Positions 38,775 through 48,428 of a stretch of 64,000 nucleotides of DNA are shown here, piece after piece. Position 1 is the stretch's first letter. The number at the start of each line of letters is the position of its first letter. A program made the position numbers and the translations under genes. The notes under the pieces are model-generated. The model had not been told where the DNA came from and searched no databases. It was given only the letters and a program-made list of their open reading frames with translations. Origin of the DNA: Bacillota bacterium (GTDB lineage: Bacteria > Bacillota > Dehalobacteriia > UBA4068); NCBI GenBank assembly GCA_030527285.1, contig JAUNBC010000001.1, positions 80,111 to 144,110 of the forward strand. Reading direction: 5' to 3'.

Positions 38775-39359
38775 ATGAGCAAAAAAGAGCTAAGCAGCGA
38801 TAAAAAAAAGACTAAGCGCAAGCAGGGCTTCGGCGCCGCCGTCAAGGAAATGCTGATCATCATCGCGATGGCCGTAGCCATCGCCGCAGTGATCAAACTG
38901 TTCCTCTTTGATACGCGCATCATTCCCACCACCTCGATGACGCCCACCATAAGTGTCAATGACAGGATTGTCATGAGCCGTCTCAGCTACGCCTTTGGCA
39001 GCGTGCCGGAGCGCGGCGATATCGTGGTATTCACCGCGCCGGAGGAGCTGAGCATGAAGGACGACCTGGTCAAACGCGTTATCGGTCTGCCCGGCGATAC
39101 GATAGAGATCAAGGACGGCCTGGTCTATATCAACGGAGAGCCTTATGCCGAGGATTATCTGCTGGAGCCGCCGTATTACTACATGGAGCCGCTGACCGTG
39201 CCCGAGGGCTGCTATTTCATGCTCGGAGATAACCGCAACGGCAGTAATGACGGGCATTTGTGGAGCGAGAAATTCGTGCCGCTCGATGATATAAAGGGCA
39301 AGGCGCTGTTCTGCTATTGGCCGCTGAGCCGCTTTGGCTCCCTGCAAAGCGAGGAGTGA
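38775..39359 (+). CDS. lepB: Signal peptidase I
   Basis: SMTPT, VKRVIGLPGD, GDNRNGSND. Confidence 0.93.
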   Translation: MSKKELSSDKKKTKRKQGFGAAVKEMLIIIAMAVAIAAVIKLFLFDTRIIPTTSMTPTISVNDRIVMSRLSYAFGSVPERGDIVVFTAPEELSMKDDLVKRVIGLPGDTIEIKDGLVYINGEPYAEDYLLEPPYYYMEPLTVPEGCYFMLGDNRNGSNDGHLWSEKFVPLDDIKGKALFCYWPLSRFGSLQSEE

Positions 39360-39361
39360 CT

Positions 39362-40123
39362 ATGAGAATACTGATCACAAATGACGATGGCCTGCATTCC
39401 GCTGGCTTGGCGATAGTGGCCGAACGGCTGGCGGATATCGCCGAGCTGTATATCGCCGCGCCGCTGAGCGAACGTAGCGGTTCCGGTCACGGTTTGACCG
39501 TGCATACGCCGCTGCGCGCCTATCGCCGTCCGCTGCCGGGTATCTGCGAGCGGGCATGGGCGGTGGACGGCTATCCGGCGGATTGCGTTAAGCTGGCCTT
39601 TGAGCAGCTGATGCCCGAGCCGGCGGATATCGTGGTTTCCGGCATCAATCATGGCGGCAATCTCGGCACAGATATCATCTATTCCGGCACCGTGGCCGGC
39701 GCTTTGGAGGGTTATCTGTACGGCGCGTCGGCGATCGCCGTTTCCGAGACAGGTATGCGGCGCGAGCGCGGCAGCGGCAATTTCACCTATGCCGCCGAGC
39801 TGGTGCGCGAGATCTGCCTTGACTGGCAGGCGGCGGGCTTTGAGCCGCATCAGATCTGGAATATCAACGTGCCGGGCAGCGTTCCGCAAGATATCAAAGG
39901 GCGCAAATTTACCTATATGGGCCGCCGCTGGTATTCCAAGGCTTACGACGTGCGCGAGGATCCCAATGGCCGCCCCTATTACTGGCTATGCGGCTCCGTG
40001 GACGACAGCGCTTGCGGCGCAGGCAGCGATATCGAAGCCTGCAACAGCGGCTATGTGTCATTGACGCCCTTAGACGGCGATCTTACCAACTATCAGCGGC
40101 TGGAGCAGCTCAAGGGCGTTTGA
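39362..40123 (+). CDS. surE: 5'/3'-nucleotidase SurE
   Basis: ILITNDDG, SGINHGGN, YSGTVAGA. Confidence 0.95.
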   Translation: MRILITNDDGLHSAGLAIVAERLADIAELYIAAPLSERSGSGHGLTVHTPLRAYRRPLPGICERAWAVDGYPADCVKLAFEQLMPEPADIVVSGINHGGNLGTDIIYSGTVAGALEGYLYGASAIAVSETGMRRERGSGNFTYAAELVREICLDWQAAGFEPHQIWNINVPGSVPQDIKGRKFTYMGRRWYSKAYDVREDPNGRPYYWLCGSVDDSACGAGSDIEACNSGYVSLTPLDGDLTNYQRLEQLKGV

Positions 40124-41603
40124 GCCGCAAGCCGCCTAAGGCGAACAGCGTCAGCGCGTATACCGCCGCCATCATCGCCGCGACGAGCAGGGCGGCGGTA
40201 TTACTCTGCCCCGACGGCAGCAGCAGCCATGCCGTCAGCGCCGCCGCAACGGCTGCAGCCGGACGCAGCAGCGTTTGCCACCAGCGGATGCGGATATGGG
40301 CGATGCGCAGTATTTGCGCGCAGTTGAGGATAAAGCCGCCGCACCAGGCGACGATCACCGCTATTGCCGCGCCGAGTATGCCTAATTGCGGCAGCGTGGT
40401 CAGCAGCAGCACGCCGGCGAGCAGTATCACGCCGCCGATGATATTGTTCAGCAGCAGGATGCGCGCCGCGCCCAGGCCTTGCAACACGCTGGCGGCTGTG
40501 ATCTGTAAATAGAGAAAGACGCCGCCTATCGCCAGCAGCCGTAATATAGGCGCGGCCAAAGGCGCGGTGAACACCGCCGCGCACAGCTGCTCGGCGAAAC
40601 AGTACAACAGCAGCATACAGGGCAGGGTAAAGGTGACGGCGGCCTCGAAGGCGTCGTTGACGCGCCGCTGCAGCAGCAGCCGCCCCTGCGGGTCGCGGCT
40701 CATGCTTTCCGCTACCGCCGGCAGCACCGATACGGTCAGCGCCGCCGTGAACACGCCCGGCAAATGCAGCAGCGACATCGCCACGCCGGCAAAGCGGCCG
40801 TAGATCTCGGTGGCGGCGCGCGTATCCCAGCCGGCTGCTTGCAGGCTGAGCGGGATCAGGAAGGCTTGCAGCATCAGCACGATGCTTGATACCAGTCGTC
40901 CGCCGGTGGTCGGCAGGCCGAAGGATAGTATATCGCGCAGCTGCGAGGAACGCAGCGCCGCCCCGCGATGACGCAGCCGCCCGCGGCGCGCGCAGATCAG
41001 CAGGCACAGCAGGCCGGCCGTTTCGCCGCAAACGGTGGCGACGGAGGTCGCGCCGACGGCGATCTCGACGCTGCGGTCGCAGAGCAGCTTGGCCAGCCAG
41101 ATACCGCAAACGACGCGCAGCAGCTGCTCGACGTTTTGACTGAGCGCCAGCGTCGATACCTGCCGCACGCCTTGGAAATAGCCGCGATACGCGGAGGCGG
41201 CGCTAATGATGAAGATCGCCGGCAGCAGCAGCTTGAAGCACAAGTAAATGCGCGTATCGGGTACAAAATTGCGGATCAGGAAGGCGGACAGCATATAGCC
41301 GAGCGCGGTGACCAGCAGCCCGCTCAGCAGCAGCAGCCGCAATCCGGTCTGGAAATATGCGTCGCGCTTGCTGCGGCGCGCGGCGATCAGCTGCGACAGC
41401 GCCGGCTGCACGCCCAGCCCGCCGACTACCAGCAGCAGCGAGAACAGCGGCGTGACCATTTCGATCAGTCCCATCGCCTCCACGCCGAGCGTGCGCACTA
41501 AAACGATACGATAAAAGAAGCCGAGCCCCTTGACGAAGATATTCGAGGCCAGCAGTAACGCTGTGCCGTATAGCAAGCCTTGTTTCGCGCGTTCGCCTAA
41601 CAT
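40110..41603 (-). CDS. SpoVB/MurJ-family (MOP) flippase
   Basis: GLGFFYRIVL.R, RGYFQG, SQNVEQLLRV, VLQGLG; upstream CATATTCT resembles a sigma-E -10 box. Confidence 0.8.
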   Translation of the reverse strand: MLGERAKQGLLYGTALLLASNIFVKGLGFFYRIVLVRTLGVEAMGLIEMVTPLFSLLLVVGGLGVQPALSQLIAARRSKRDAYFQTGLRLLLLSGLLVTALGYMLSAFLIRNFVPDTRIYLCFKLLLPAIFIISAASAYRGYFQGVRQVSTLALSQNVEQLLRVVCGIWLAKLLCDRSVEIAVGATSVATVCGETAGLLCLLICARRGRLRHRGAALRSSQLRDILSFGLPTTGGRLVSSIVLMLQAFLIPLSLQAAGWDTRAATEIYGRFAGVAMSLLHLPGVFTAALTVSVLPAVAESMSRDPQGRLLLQRRVNDAFEAAVTFTLPCMLLLYCFAEQLCAAVFTAPLAAPILRLLAIGGVFLYLQITAASVLQGLGAARILLLNNIIGGVILLAGVLLLTTLPQLGILGAAIAVIVAWCGGFILNCAQILRIAHIRIRWWQTLLRPAAAVAAALTAWLLLPSGQSNTAALLVAAMMAAVYALTLFALGGLRLKRP

Positions 41604-41722
41604 GCTAAAGAATATGAGCGGCGCGGGAAAAATATTTGATAAAAAAAGGATTTTGCCTGTCAATAGATAATATTAACTGTTGGCATTAATAGATAATTAA
41701 GCCTTTGAAGGAGGATGTATTT

Positions 41723-43765
41723 ATGAAGGTCTACCCGTCAGAGAAAGTCCGCAACGTCGGTATCGTCGCGCATCAGGGCGCGGGCAAAACCTCGCTGACC
41801 GAGGCGATGCTGTTCAATACCGGCGCTATCAGCCGCTTGGGCAAGGTCGAGGACGGTAACACTGTCGCCGACTATCATCCGGAGGAGTTGAAGCGTAAAA
41901 GCACCGTCAACACCTCATTAGTAGCCTGCGAATGGCGCGATCATAAGATCAACGTGCTCGACGTTCCCGGCTTTACCGATTTCTTTGGCGAGGTTTCCAG
42001 CGTTTTGCGCGTCGCCGACAGTTTGGTGATGGTCTTGGACGCCGTCTCCGGCGTGGAAGTGTCCACGGAGATCATCTGGGAGCTGGCCGACGACAAAAAT
42101 CTTCCTCTGATCGGTTTTGTCAACAGATTAGATAAAGAAAACGCTGATTTCCATAAGGCGTATGAGTCGATGAAAGAAACTCTGACACGGCAGATCGTGC
42201 CGGTACAGCTGCCGATCGGCAAAGAGGCCGGTTTTAAGGGCATGGTCGATCTGATCACGCTCAAGGCTTATGAGTACAGCGGCGGCAAGGCCAAGGAAGT
42301 GCCTGTGCCCGCCGATATGCAGGCCGATATCGACCAATACCGCGAAGCGATGATCGAAGCCGCCGCCGAAGGCGAGGACGAGATCATGATGAAGTATCTG
42401 GACGGCGGCGAATTGACGCAGGACGAGATCATCCTCGGCCTTAAAGAAGGCGTGAAGAACGCCAAGGTGGTTCCGGTATTATGCGGTTCCGCTACCGCTA
42501 ATATCGGCGCGGACCGCCTGCTCGATCTGCTGGTCGATTTTGCGCCCTCGCCATTGGCTTTCCTCGATGAAAAGGCCGCCAGCCAACCGACTGCGGTGCT
42601 GGTATTTAAGACCATGGCCGACCAGTTCGTAGGCCGCATCAGCATGTTTAAGGTTTTCTCCGGCAAGATCAAGGGCGATTCCGTTCTCTATAACGCCAAC
42701 AAAAAGGTCGATGAAAAGGTCTCGCAGCTTTCGACGCTGCAAGGCAAATCCGCGCTCAATCTGCCCGAGTTTGCGCTCGGCGATATCGGCACCGTCAGCA
42801 AGCTGACCCAAACCACCACCGGCGATACCTTGACCACGCGCGACAGCGGCGTCCTGCTCGAAGGCATAGACTTCGCCGAGCCGAATCTGACCATCGCCAT
42901 CGTGCCCAAGACCAAGGCCGACGAGGACAAGCTGGGCAACGCCATCAACCGCCTGCTGGAAGAAGATCCGACGCTGCGCTATGAAAAGAGCGCCGAGACC
43001 CGTCAGACGCTGCTCACCGGCATGGGCGAGGCGCATATCAATATCGTCATCGACCGCCTGAGCAATAAGTTCGGCGTAGCGGTCGATCCGGTGGAGATCA
43101 AGCTGCCGTACCGCGAGACGATCCGCGGCAGCGCGCAGGGCATCGAAGGCAAGCATAAGAAGCAAAGCGGCGGCCACGGCCAATACGGTCATGTCAAGAT
43201 CGACATTGCCCCCGATTATGATAATGAGTTCACCTTTGAAGAAAAGATTTTCGGCGGTTCGGTGCCCAAGCAGTATATACCGGCGGTAGAGAAGGGGATG
43301 CGCGAGTCGCTGGCCGAGGGCATTCTTGCCGGCTTTCCTGTAACGAATATCAAGATCACGCTGGTAGACGGCTCCTATCATGACGTGGACTCCTCGGAAA
43401 TGGCCTTCAAGATCGCGGCCAATCTCGCCTTCAAGAAGGGCTGCGAGCAGGCCAAGCCGGTATTGCTGGAGCCGGTGATGGACGTTGATATCCTCGTGCC
43501 CGATCAGTACATGGGCGATATCATGGGCGATATGAACACCAAGCGCGGCCGCATCATGGGTATGGAGAAGCAGGGCAAGCGTCAGCTGATCCATGCGCAG
43601 GCTCCGCTGTCGGAAATGCATCGCTACGCTATCGACCTGCGTTCGATCACGCAGGGCCGCGGCAAATTCACGATGAAGTTCTCCCGCTATGAGGAAGTGC
43701 CGGCTAATATCGCCGATAAGGTGATCGCCGCCGCCCGCGCTGAGAAAGAAGCGGAAAAAGACTGA
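41723..43765 (+). CDS. Elongation factor G paralogue (EF-G2 type)
   Basis: AHQGAGKT, DVPG, NRLD, GMGEAH, KKQSGGHGQYG, DSSEMAF; not in the str operon. Confidence 0.9.
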   Translation: MKVYPSEKVRNVGIVAHQGAGKTSLTEAMLFNTGAISRLGKVEDGNTVADYHPEELKRKSTVNTSLVACEWRDHKINVLDVPGFTDFFGEVSSVLRVADSLVMVLDAVSGVEVSTEIIWELADDKNLPLIGFVNRLDKENADFHKAYESMKETLTRQIVPVQLPIGKEAGFKGMVDLITLKAYEYSGGKAKEVPVPADMQADIDQYREAMIEAAAEGEDEIMMKYLDGGELTQDEIILGLKEGVKNAKVVPVLCGSATANIGADRLLDLLVDFAPSPLAFLDEKAASQPTAVLVFKTMADQFVGRISMFKVFSGKIKGDSVLYNANKKVDEKVSQLSTLQGKSALNLPEFALGDIGTVSKLTQTTTGDTLTTRDSGVLLEGIDFAEPNLTIAIVPKTKADEDKLGNAINRLLEEDPTLRYEKSAETRQTLLTGMGEAHINIVIDRLSNKFGVAVDPVEIKLPYRETIRGSAQGIEGKHKKQSGGHGQYGHVKIDIAPDYDNEFTFEEKIFGGSVPKQYIPAVEKGMRESLAEGILAGFPVTNIKITLVDGSYHDVDSSEMAFKIAANLAFKKGCEQAKPVLLEPVMDVDILVPDQYMGDIMGDMNTKRGRIMGMEKQGKRQLIHAQAPLSEMHRYAIDLRSITQGRGKFTMKFSRYEEVPANIADKVIAAARAEKEAEKD

Positions 43766-43790
43766 TCTTCGAGCAAATACGCATAGCAGT

Positions 43791-43827
43791 AAACCCCCGA
43801 CGGCGCTGCGCCGTCGGGGGTTTCTTT
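43791..43827 (+). terminator. Rho-independent terminator
   Basis: AAACCCCCGACGGCGC-t-GCGCCGTCGGGGGTTT followed by CTTT. Confidence 0.85.
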
Positions 43828-43888
43828 GCATATGCGGCGGTGATCGCGCGTAATATCGAATATAGCGATACTATGGGGAGGCGGCGTT

Positions 43889-44044
43889 ATGTCCGTATAT
43901 TCGCGCGTTTTGATCGTCGTGGCGGCGCTGCTGCTGCTGATCGGGGTCTGCTATTACGCGGCAGCGCGGCCATATGCCGGCGTACCGGCGCAGGCATGGC
44001 ATAGTTTGTATAACGTATATCCTGACGAGCCGTGGCGGGTCTGA
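43889..44044 (+). CDS. 51-aa single-TM protein upstream of xerD (position of yqzK/DUF4227)
   Basis: RBS GGGGAGG; MSVYSRVLIVVAALLLLIGVCYY..YPDEPWRV. Confidence 0.5.
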   Translation: MSVYSRVLIVVAALLLLIGVCYYAAARPYAGVPAQAWHSLYNVYPDEPWRV

Positions 44045-44149
44045 GGCGGCGCAAACGGTGAAGGAAATAGCGGGAACGGGGCGAATATGTTTACATAACC
44101 GGTAACGCGGGGTGCGGGAACGACGGCTGAGAACAGACGAGGCGGCGGC

Positions 44150-45061
44150 ATGGCGGCGGATAAGCGGCAAAATAACGATCTGCAATGGGATATCGAGCAT
44201 TATCTGCAATATTTGGCGCTGGAACGCTCGCTGGCGGAGAACAGCGTTGCCGCTTATCGCTATGATCTGCAGGCATTTGCTGGCTTTTTGGCCGCTAATG
44301 GCTGCGCCAAGCTTGAACAGTTGACCTCGGAGCTGATCGGCGATTATCTGTTTTTTGTACGCGCCGCGGGCAAGAGCGTGGCTACGCAGCGGCGGCAGTT
44401 GGCGGCGATACGCGGCCTGTGCCGCTTTTTCTCCGGCGAGAAGAAGCTGCGTAAAGACGTAAGCCTGAATATGCAATCGCCCAAGCTGGCGCGGCTGCTG
44501 CCGCAGGTGCTGACGCAGGAGCAGGTGAGCCGGCTGCTCGAATTGCCCGATACCTCCAAGCCGCTGGGTATGCGCGATAAGGCGATGCTGGAGATCATCT
44601 ATGGCTGTGGCCTGCGCGTTTCGGAGCTGATTAATCTCACCGATCACGATATCAACCGCGAGCTCGGCTATCTGGTATGCGTGGGCAAGGGCAGTAAAAT
44701 GCGCGTCACGCCGGTCGGCAGAGCCGCGCTGGACGCATTCGCCGTATATCGTGAGCAGGCGCGTCCGTTGCTGCTCAGGGGCGGCGCAACGGACAAACTG
44801 TTTCTCAATAATCGCGGCGGCGGACTGACGCGCCAGGGCTTTTGGAAGATCATCAAGGCCTATGGACAGCGCATCGGCGTTGATCTATATCCGCATACGA
44901 TGCGTCATTCGGTAGCTACGCATTTGCTTGAAAATGGCGCTGATCTGCGTATCGTGCAGGAGTTTCTCGGGCATAGCAGCATCGCCACCACGCAGATCTA
45001 TACGCATCTGGAGAAATCGCGCCTGCTGGGCATTTATAGGCAATATCATCCGCGCGCTTGA
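44150..45061 (+). CDS. xerD: Tyrosine recombinase XerD
   Basis: GLRVSEL, GKGSK, PHTMRHSVATHLL.NGADLR.VQE.LGH..I.TTQIYTH, HPRA; xerD-deoB-punA synteny. Confidence 0.92.
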   Translation: MAADKRQNNDLQWDIEHYLQYLALERSLAENSVAAYRYDLQAFAGFLAANGCAKLEQLTSELIGDYLFFVRAAGKSVATQRRQLAAIRGLCRFFSGEKKLRKDVSLNMQSPKLARLLPQVLTQEQVSRLLELPDTSKPLGMRDKAMLEIIYGCGLRVSELINLTDHDINRELGYLVCVGKGSKMRVTPVGRAALDAFAVYREQARPLLLRGGATDKLFLNNRGGGLTRQGFWKIIKAYGQRIGVDLYPHTMRHSVATHLLENGADLRIVQEFLGHSSIATTQIYTHLEKSRLLGIYRQYHPRA

Positions 45062-45084
45062 GCGGCGCGACCAAAGGAGTATAA

Positions 45085-46269
45085 ATGAGCAGATTTATCA
45101 TCATCGTCATGGACAGCGTCGGCGTAGGCGCGCTGCCCGATGCGGCCGAATACGGCGACCCCGCCTGCAATACGCTCGGCCATATCGCGGAGCAGGCGGA
45201 ATTGCGCCTGCCCTGTATGCAGCGTCTGGGCTTGGGCAATATCCTGCCGTTGCGCGGCGTCGAGCCGCAGAGCCGTCCGCTGGGCGCCTATGGCAAGGCG
45301 GCGGCCAAAAGCCGCGGCATGGACACCACCTGTGGCCATTGGGAGATCGCCGGCCTGCTGCTCGACCGTCCGCTGCCGACTTTTCCGCACGGCTTTCCGC
45401 CGCAGCTGCTGGACAGGCTGAGCGCCGTCTGGGGGCGCGGCGTTATCGGCAATCGCGTCGCATCGGGCACGCAGATCGTTAGCGAGCTGGGCGAGCAGCA
45501 TCAGCAAAGCGGCGCTCTGATCGTCTATACCTCGGCGGACAGCGTAATGCAGATCGCCGCGCATACCGATACCGTGCCCATCGAGGAGCTGTATGATATT
45601 TGCCGTCAGGCGCGGGCGCTGCTGAGCGGCGACTATGGCGTAGGCCGGGTGATAGCGCGACCCTTCACCGGCAGTCCCGGCGCTTATCGCCGCACCGAGC
45701 AGCGGCAGGACTTCTCGCTCGACCCGCCGCCGCATGGCCTGCTGCAGGTCGCGCAGGAGGGCGGCGCGCAGGTGGTCGCCATCGGCAAGATCAACGACGT
45801 TTTTGCCGGGCGGCATATCGACGCGGCGCTGGAGGGGCATAATAATCGCCAAACCCTGACTTCGCTGGCCAAAGCGCTGCGTGAGCGGCAGCAGCGGGCG
45901 CTGATCTTCGCCAATTGCGTCGATTTCGACACCCTGTACGGCCATCGTAATGACGTGGCGGGCTATGCGCGGGCGCTGATGGAATTCGACAGCGGCCTGG
46001 AGCAACTGCTGCCGCTGCTGCACGAGGACGACATTCTTGCCGTTACCGCCGATCACGGCAACGACCCGACCACCGGCGGCACCGACCATAACCGCGAGTA
46101 TGCGCCGCTGCTGCTGTACGGGGCGGGTGTCAAGGCGATAGATCTGGGCATACGCGGCAGCTTTGCCGATCTGGGCGCTACCGCCGCCGATTATCTCGGC
46201 TGCGCGGCTTTGCCCGCCGGGGAGAGCTTTTTGCCGTTGATAGCAGACCATAGCAGGAGGAAGAGATAA
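45085..46269 (+). CDS. deoB: Phosphopentomutase
   Basis: DSVGVG, DTTCGHWE, YTSADS, DFDTLYGHRND, ADHGND, DHNRE. Confidence 0.96.
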   Translation: MSRFIIIVMDSVGVGALPDAAEYGDPACNTLGHIAEQAELRLPCMQRLGLGNILPLRGVEPQSRPLGAYGKAAAKSRGMDTTCGHWEIAGLLLDRPLPTFPHGFPPQLLDRLSAVWGRGVIGNRVASGTQIVSELGEQHQQSGALIVYTSADSVMQIAAHTDTVPIEELYDICRQARALLSGDYGVGRVIARPFTGSPGAYRRTEQRQDFSLDPPPHGLLQVAQEGGAQVVAIGKINDVFAGRHIDAALEGHNNRQTLTSLAKALRERQQRALIFANCVDFDTLYGHRNDVAGYARALMEFDSGLEQLLPLLHEDDILAVTADHGNDPTTGGTDHNREYAPLLLYGAGVKAIDLGIRGSFADLGATAADYLGCAALPAGESFLPLIADHSRRKR

Positions 46270-47096
46270 TGATCGAGCCGCAAGTTTTGCAACGACAGAT
46301 CAACGAGGCCGCCGCCTACGTCAAAAGCCGGCTGCCGCTGGCCGATACGGCGGTGGTGCTCGGCTCGGGCTTGGGCGATTTCCCCGACGGCCTCAGCGAG
46401 CGCAGCGAAATAGCTTATACCGAGATACCGCATTTTCCGCAGCCGACAGTACCCGGCCATAGCGGTAAGCTGTACAGCGGCGTCGTGGGCGGCCGCCGTA
46501 TCCTGGCCTTGAGCGGGCGCTTCCATTACTATGAGGGGCATGACCCGCAAACGGTGGTCTTAGCGGTGCGCGTGCTGCATCAGCTGGGCGTGAAAACGCT
46601 GCTGCTGACCAATGCCGCCGGCGGGGTCAATGCCGCGTACAGCGCCGGCGATTTGATGCTGATCAGCGATCACATCAACCTTTGCGGCTACAACCCGCTG
46701 CGCGGCCTGCATTGCGCGCAGTGGGGCGAGCGCTTTCCCGATATGACTTGCGCCTATGACAAGGAATTGCGCGAGCTGGCGCGGCAGGTGGCCAAGCGGC
46801 ATGATATCGAGCTGCGCGAGGGCGTGTATTGCGGTCTGGCCGGCCCCTCGTTTGAAACGCCGGCCGAGATCAGGATGCTGGCGCTGCTGGGAGCGGACGC
46901 GGTAGGCATGTCCACGGTGCCGGAGACGATCGCCGCCCGTCAGTCGGGGATGCGCGTGCTCGGCGTGTCCTGCATCACCAATATGGCGGCCGGCATCTCG
47001 CCGCAGCCCTTGACGCATCAAGAGGTGATGGATACCGGGCGCGCCGCCATGGGACGCTTTATCACGCTGATCAGCGGCGTGATCGAGGCATTGTAA
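46269..47096 (+). CDS. punA: Purine-nucleoside phosphorylase (trimeric)
   Basis: LGSGLG, GRFHYYEG, TNAAGG, GPSFETPAE, GMSTVPE. Confidence 0.95.
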   Translation: MIEPQVLQRQINEAAAYVKSRLPLADTAVVLGSGLGDFPDGLSERSEIAYTEIPHFPQPTVPGHSGKLYSGVVGGRRILALSGRFHYYEGHDPQTVVLAVRVLHQLGVKTLLLTNAAGGVNAAYSAGDLMLISDHINLCGYNPLRGLHCAQWGERFPDMTCAYDKELRELARQVAKRHDIELREGVYCGLAGPSFETPAEIRMLALLGADAVGMSTVPETIAARQSGMRVLGVSCITNMAAGISPQPLTHQEVMDTGRAAMGRFITLISGVIEAL

Positions 47097-47109
47097 CAGA
47101 GGTGAAATT

Positions 47110-48423
47110 ATGAGTATGTATGATATCATCGCCGCCAAGCGCGACGGCCGCGAATTGAGCGCGGCGCAGATCGGCGAATGGCTGCGCGGCGCGGTCGCCG
47201 GCAGCGTCCCCGACTATCAGACCGCGGCGCTGCTGATGGCGATACGCCTGCGCGGCCTGCAGCGCGCCGAGACGCATGCCCTGACGCAGGCGATGCTCCA
47301 TTCCGGCGCTGCCATCGACCTCAGCGATATCGACGGCGTTAAGGCCGACAAGCATTCCACCGGCGGCGTCGGCGATAAAACGTCGCTGATGGTGCTGCCG
47401 ATAGTGGCGTCGCTGGGGCTGAAGGTGGCAAAAATGTCGGGACGCGGGCTGGGTCATACCGGCGGCACCCTCGACAAGCTGGGCAGCATACCCGGCTTTA
47501 ACTGGGCGCTGGACGTGGCCGCCTTCAAAAAGCAGGTCACGGATATCGGCATCTCGATCATCGGCCAGACGCGCCAGCTGGTACCCGCCGACAAGCTGCT
47601 GTATACGCTGCGCGACGTTACCGCCACCGTTGATTCGATACCGCTGATCGCCGCCAGCATCATGAGCAAAAAGTTGGCTACCGGCGCGGACGTGCTGACG
47701 CTGGACGTGAAATTCGGCTCCGGCGCGATCATGAAGCGCATCGAGGACAGCCGCGAGCTGGCGCGGATGATGATCGAGATCGCCGCCGACAGCGGCGTTA
47801 AGGCGGCGGCGGTGCTGACCTCGATGGAGCAGCCGCTCGGCTATGCTATTGGCAACGCGCTGGAGGTGCGCGAGGCGCTGCGCATCATGGAGGACGACCC
47901 CGAGCTGCGCGGCGGCGACCTGCATACGGTGGTAGTGGCTCTGGCCGCCGAGCTGCTGCGCCTGGGCGGCGTATGCGAAAGCGACGGGCAGGCGCGGCAA
48001 TTAGCGGCGCGGCAGTTGGCCAACGGCGCGGCGCGCGAGAAGTTTACGCAGATGGTGCGCGCGCAGGGCGGCGACGACGATTTCCGGCATCTGCCGCGGG
48101 CGGCGCTGGTCAGCGTCGTGCGCGCCGAGGCGGACGGGGTGATCAGCGCCATCGACGCGGAGCGCGTCGGCATGGCGGCGCTGGAAAGCGGCGCGGGGCG
48201 GCATACCAAGGAGCAGCCGATCGACGCGGCGGCGGGGTTGATACTGCATTGCAAGCGCGGGCAGCGCGTGCGGCGCGGCGATACGCTGGCGGAGATACAT
48301 TGCTCCGGCGCGGAGCGGGGCGAGCGCGCGGCGGCGCTGCTGAGCGGCGCGATCAGCGTCGGCGAGCAGGCCGCGGCGGATGCGCCGCTGATTGCCGGTA
48401 TTTTCACCACCGACCAGCTTTGA
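47110..48423 (+). CDS. pdp: Pyrimidine-nucleoside/thymidine phosphorylase
   Basis: DKHSTGGVGDK, KMSGRGLGHTGGT, SIMSKK. Confidence 0.95.
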   Translation: MSMYDIIAAKRDGRELSAAQIGEWLRGAVAGSVPDYQTAALLMAIRLRGLQRAETHALTQAMLHSGAAIDLSDIDGVKADKHSTGGVGDKTSLMVLPIVASLGLKVAKMSGRGLGHTGGTLDKLGSIPGFNWALDVAAFKKQVTDIGISIIGQTRQLVPADKLLYTLRDVTATVDSIPLIAASIMSKKLATGADVLTLDVKFGSGAIMKRIEDSRELARMMIEIAADSGVKAAAVLTSMEQPLGYAIGNALEVREALRIMEDDPELRGGDLHTVVVALAAELLRLGGVCESDGQARQLAARQLANGAAREKFTQMVRAQGGDDDFRHLPRAALVSVVRAEADGVISAIDAERVGMAALESGAGRHTKEQPIDAAAGLILHCKRGQRVRRGDTLAEIHCSGAERGERAAALLSGAISVGEQAAADAPLIAGIFTTDQL

Positions 48424-48428
48424 TAGGC

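Noticed and set aside
44150-45061. Tyrosine recombinase as a mobile-element integrase
   Set aside because: XerD motifs and the conserved xerD-deoB-punA context
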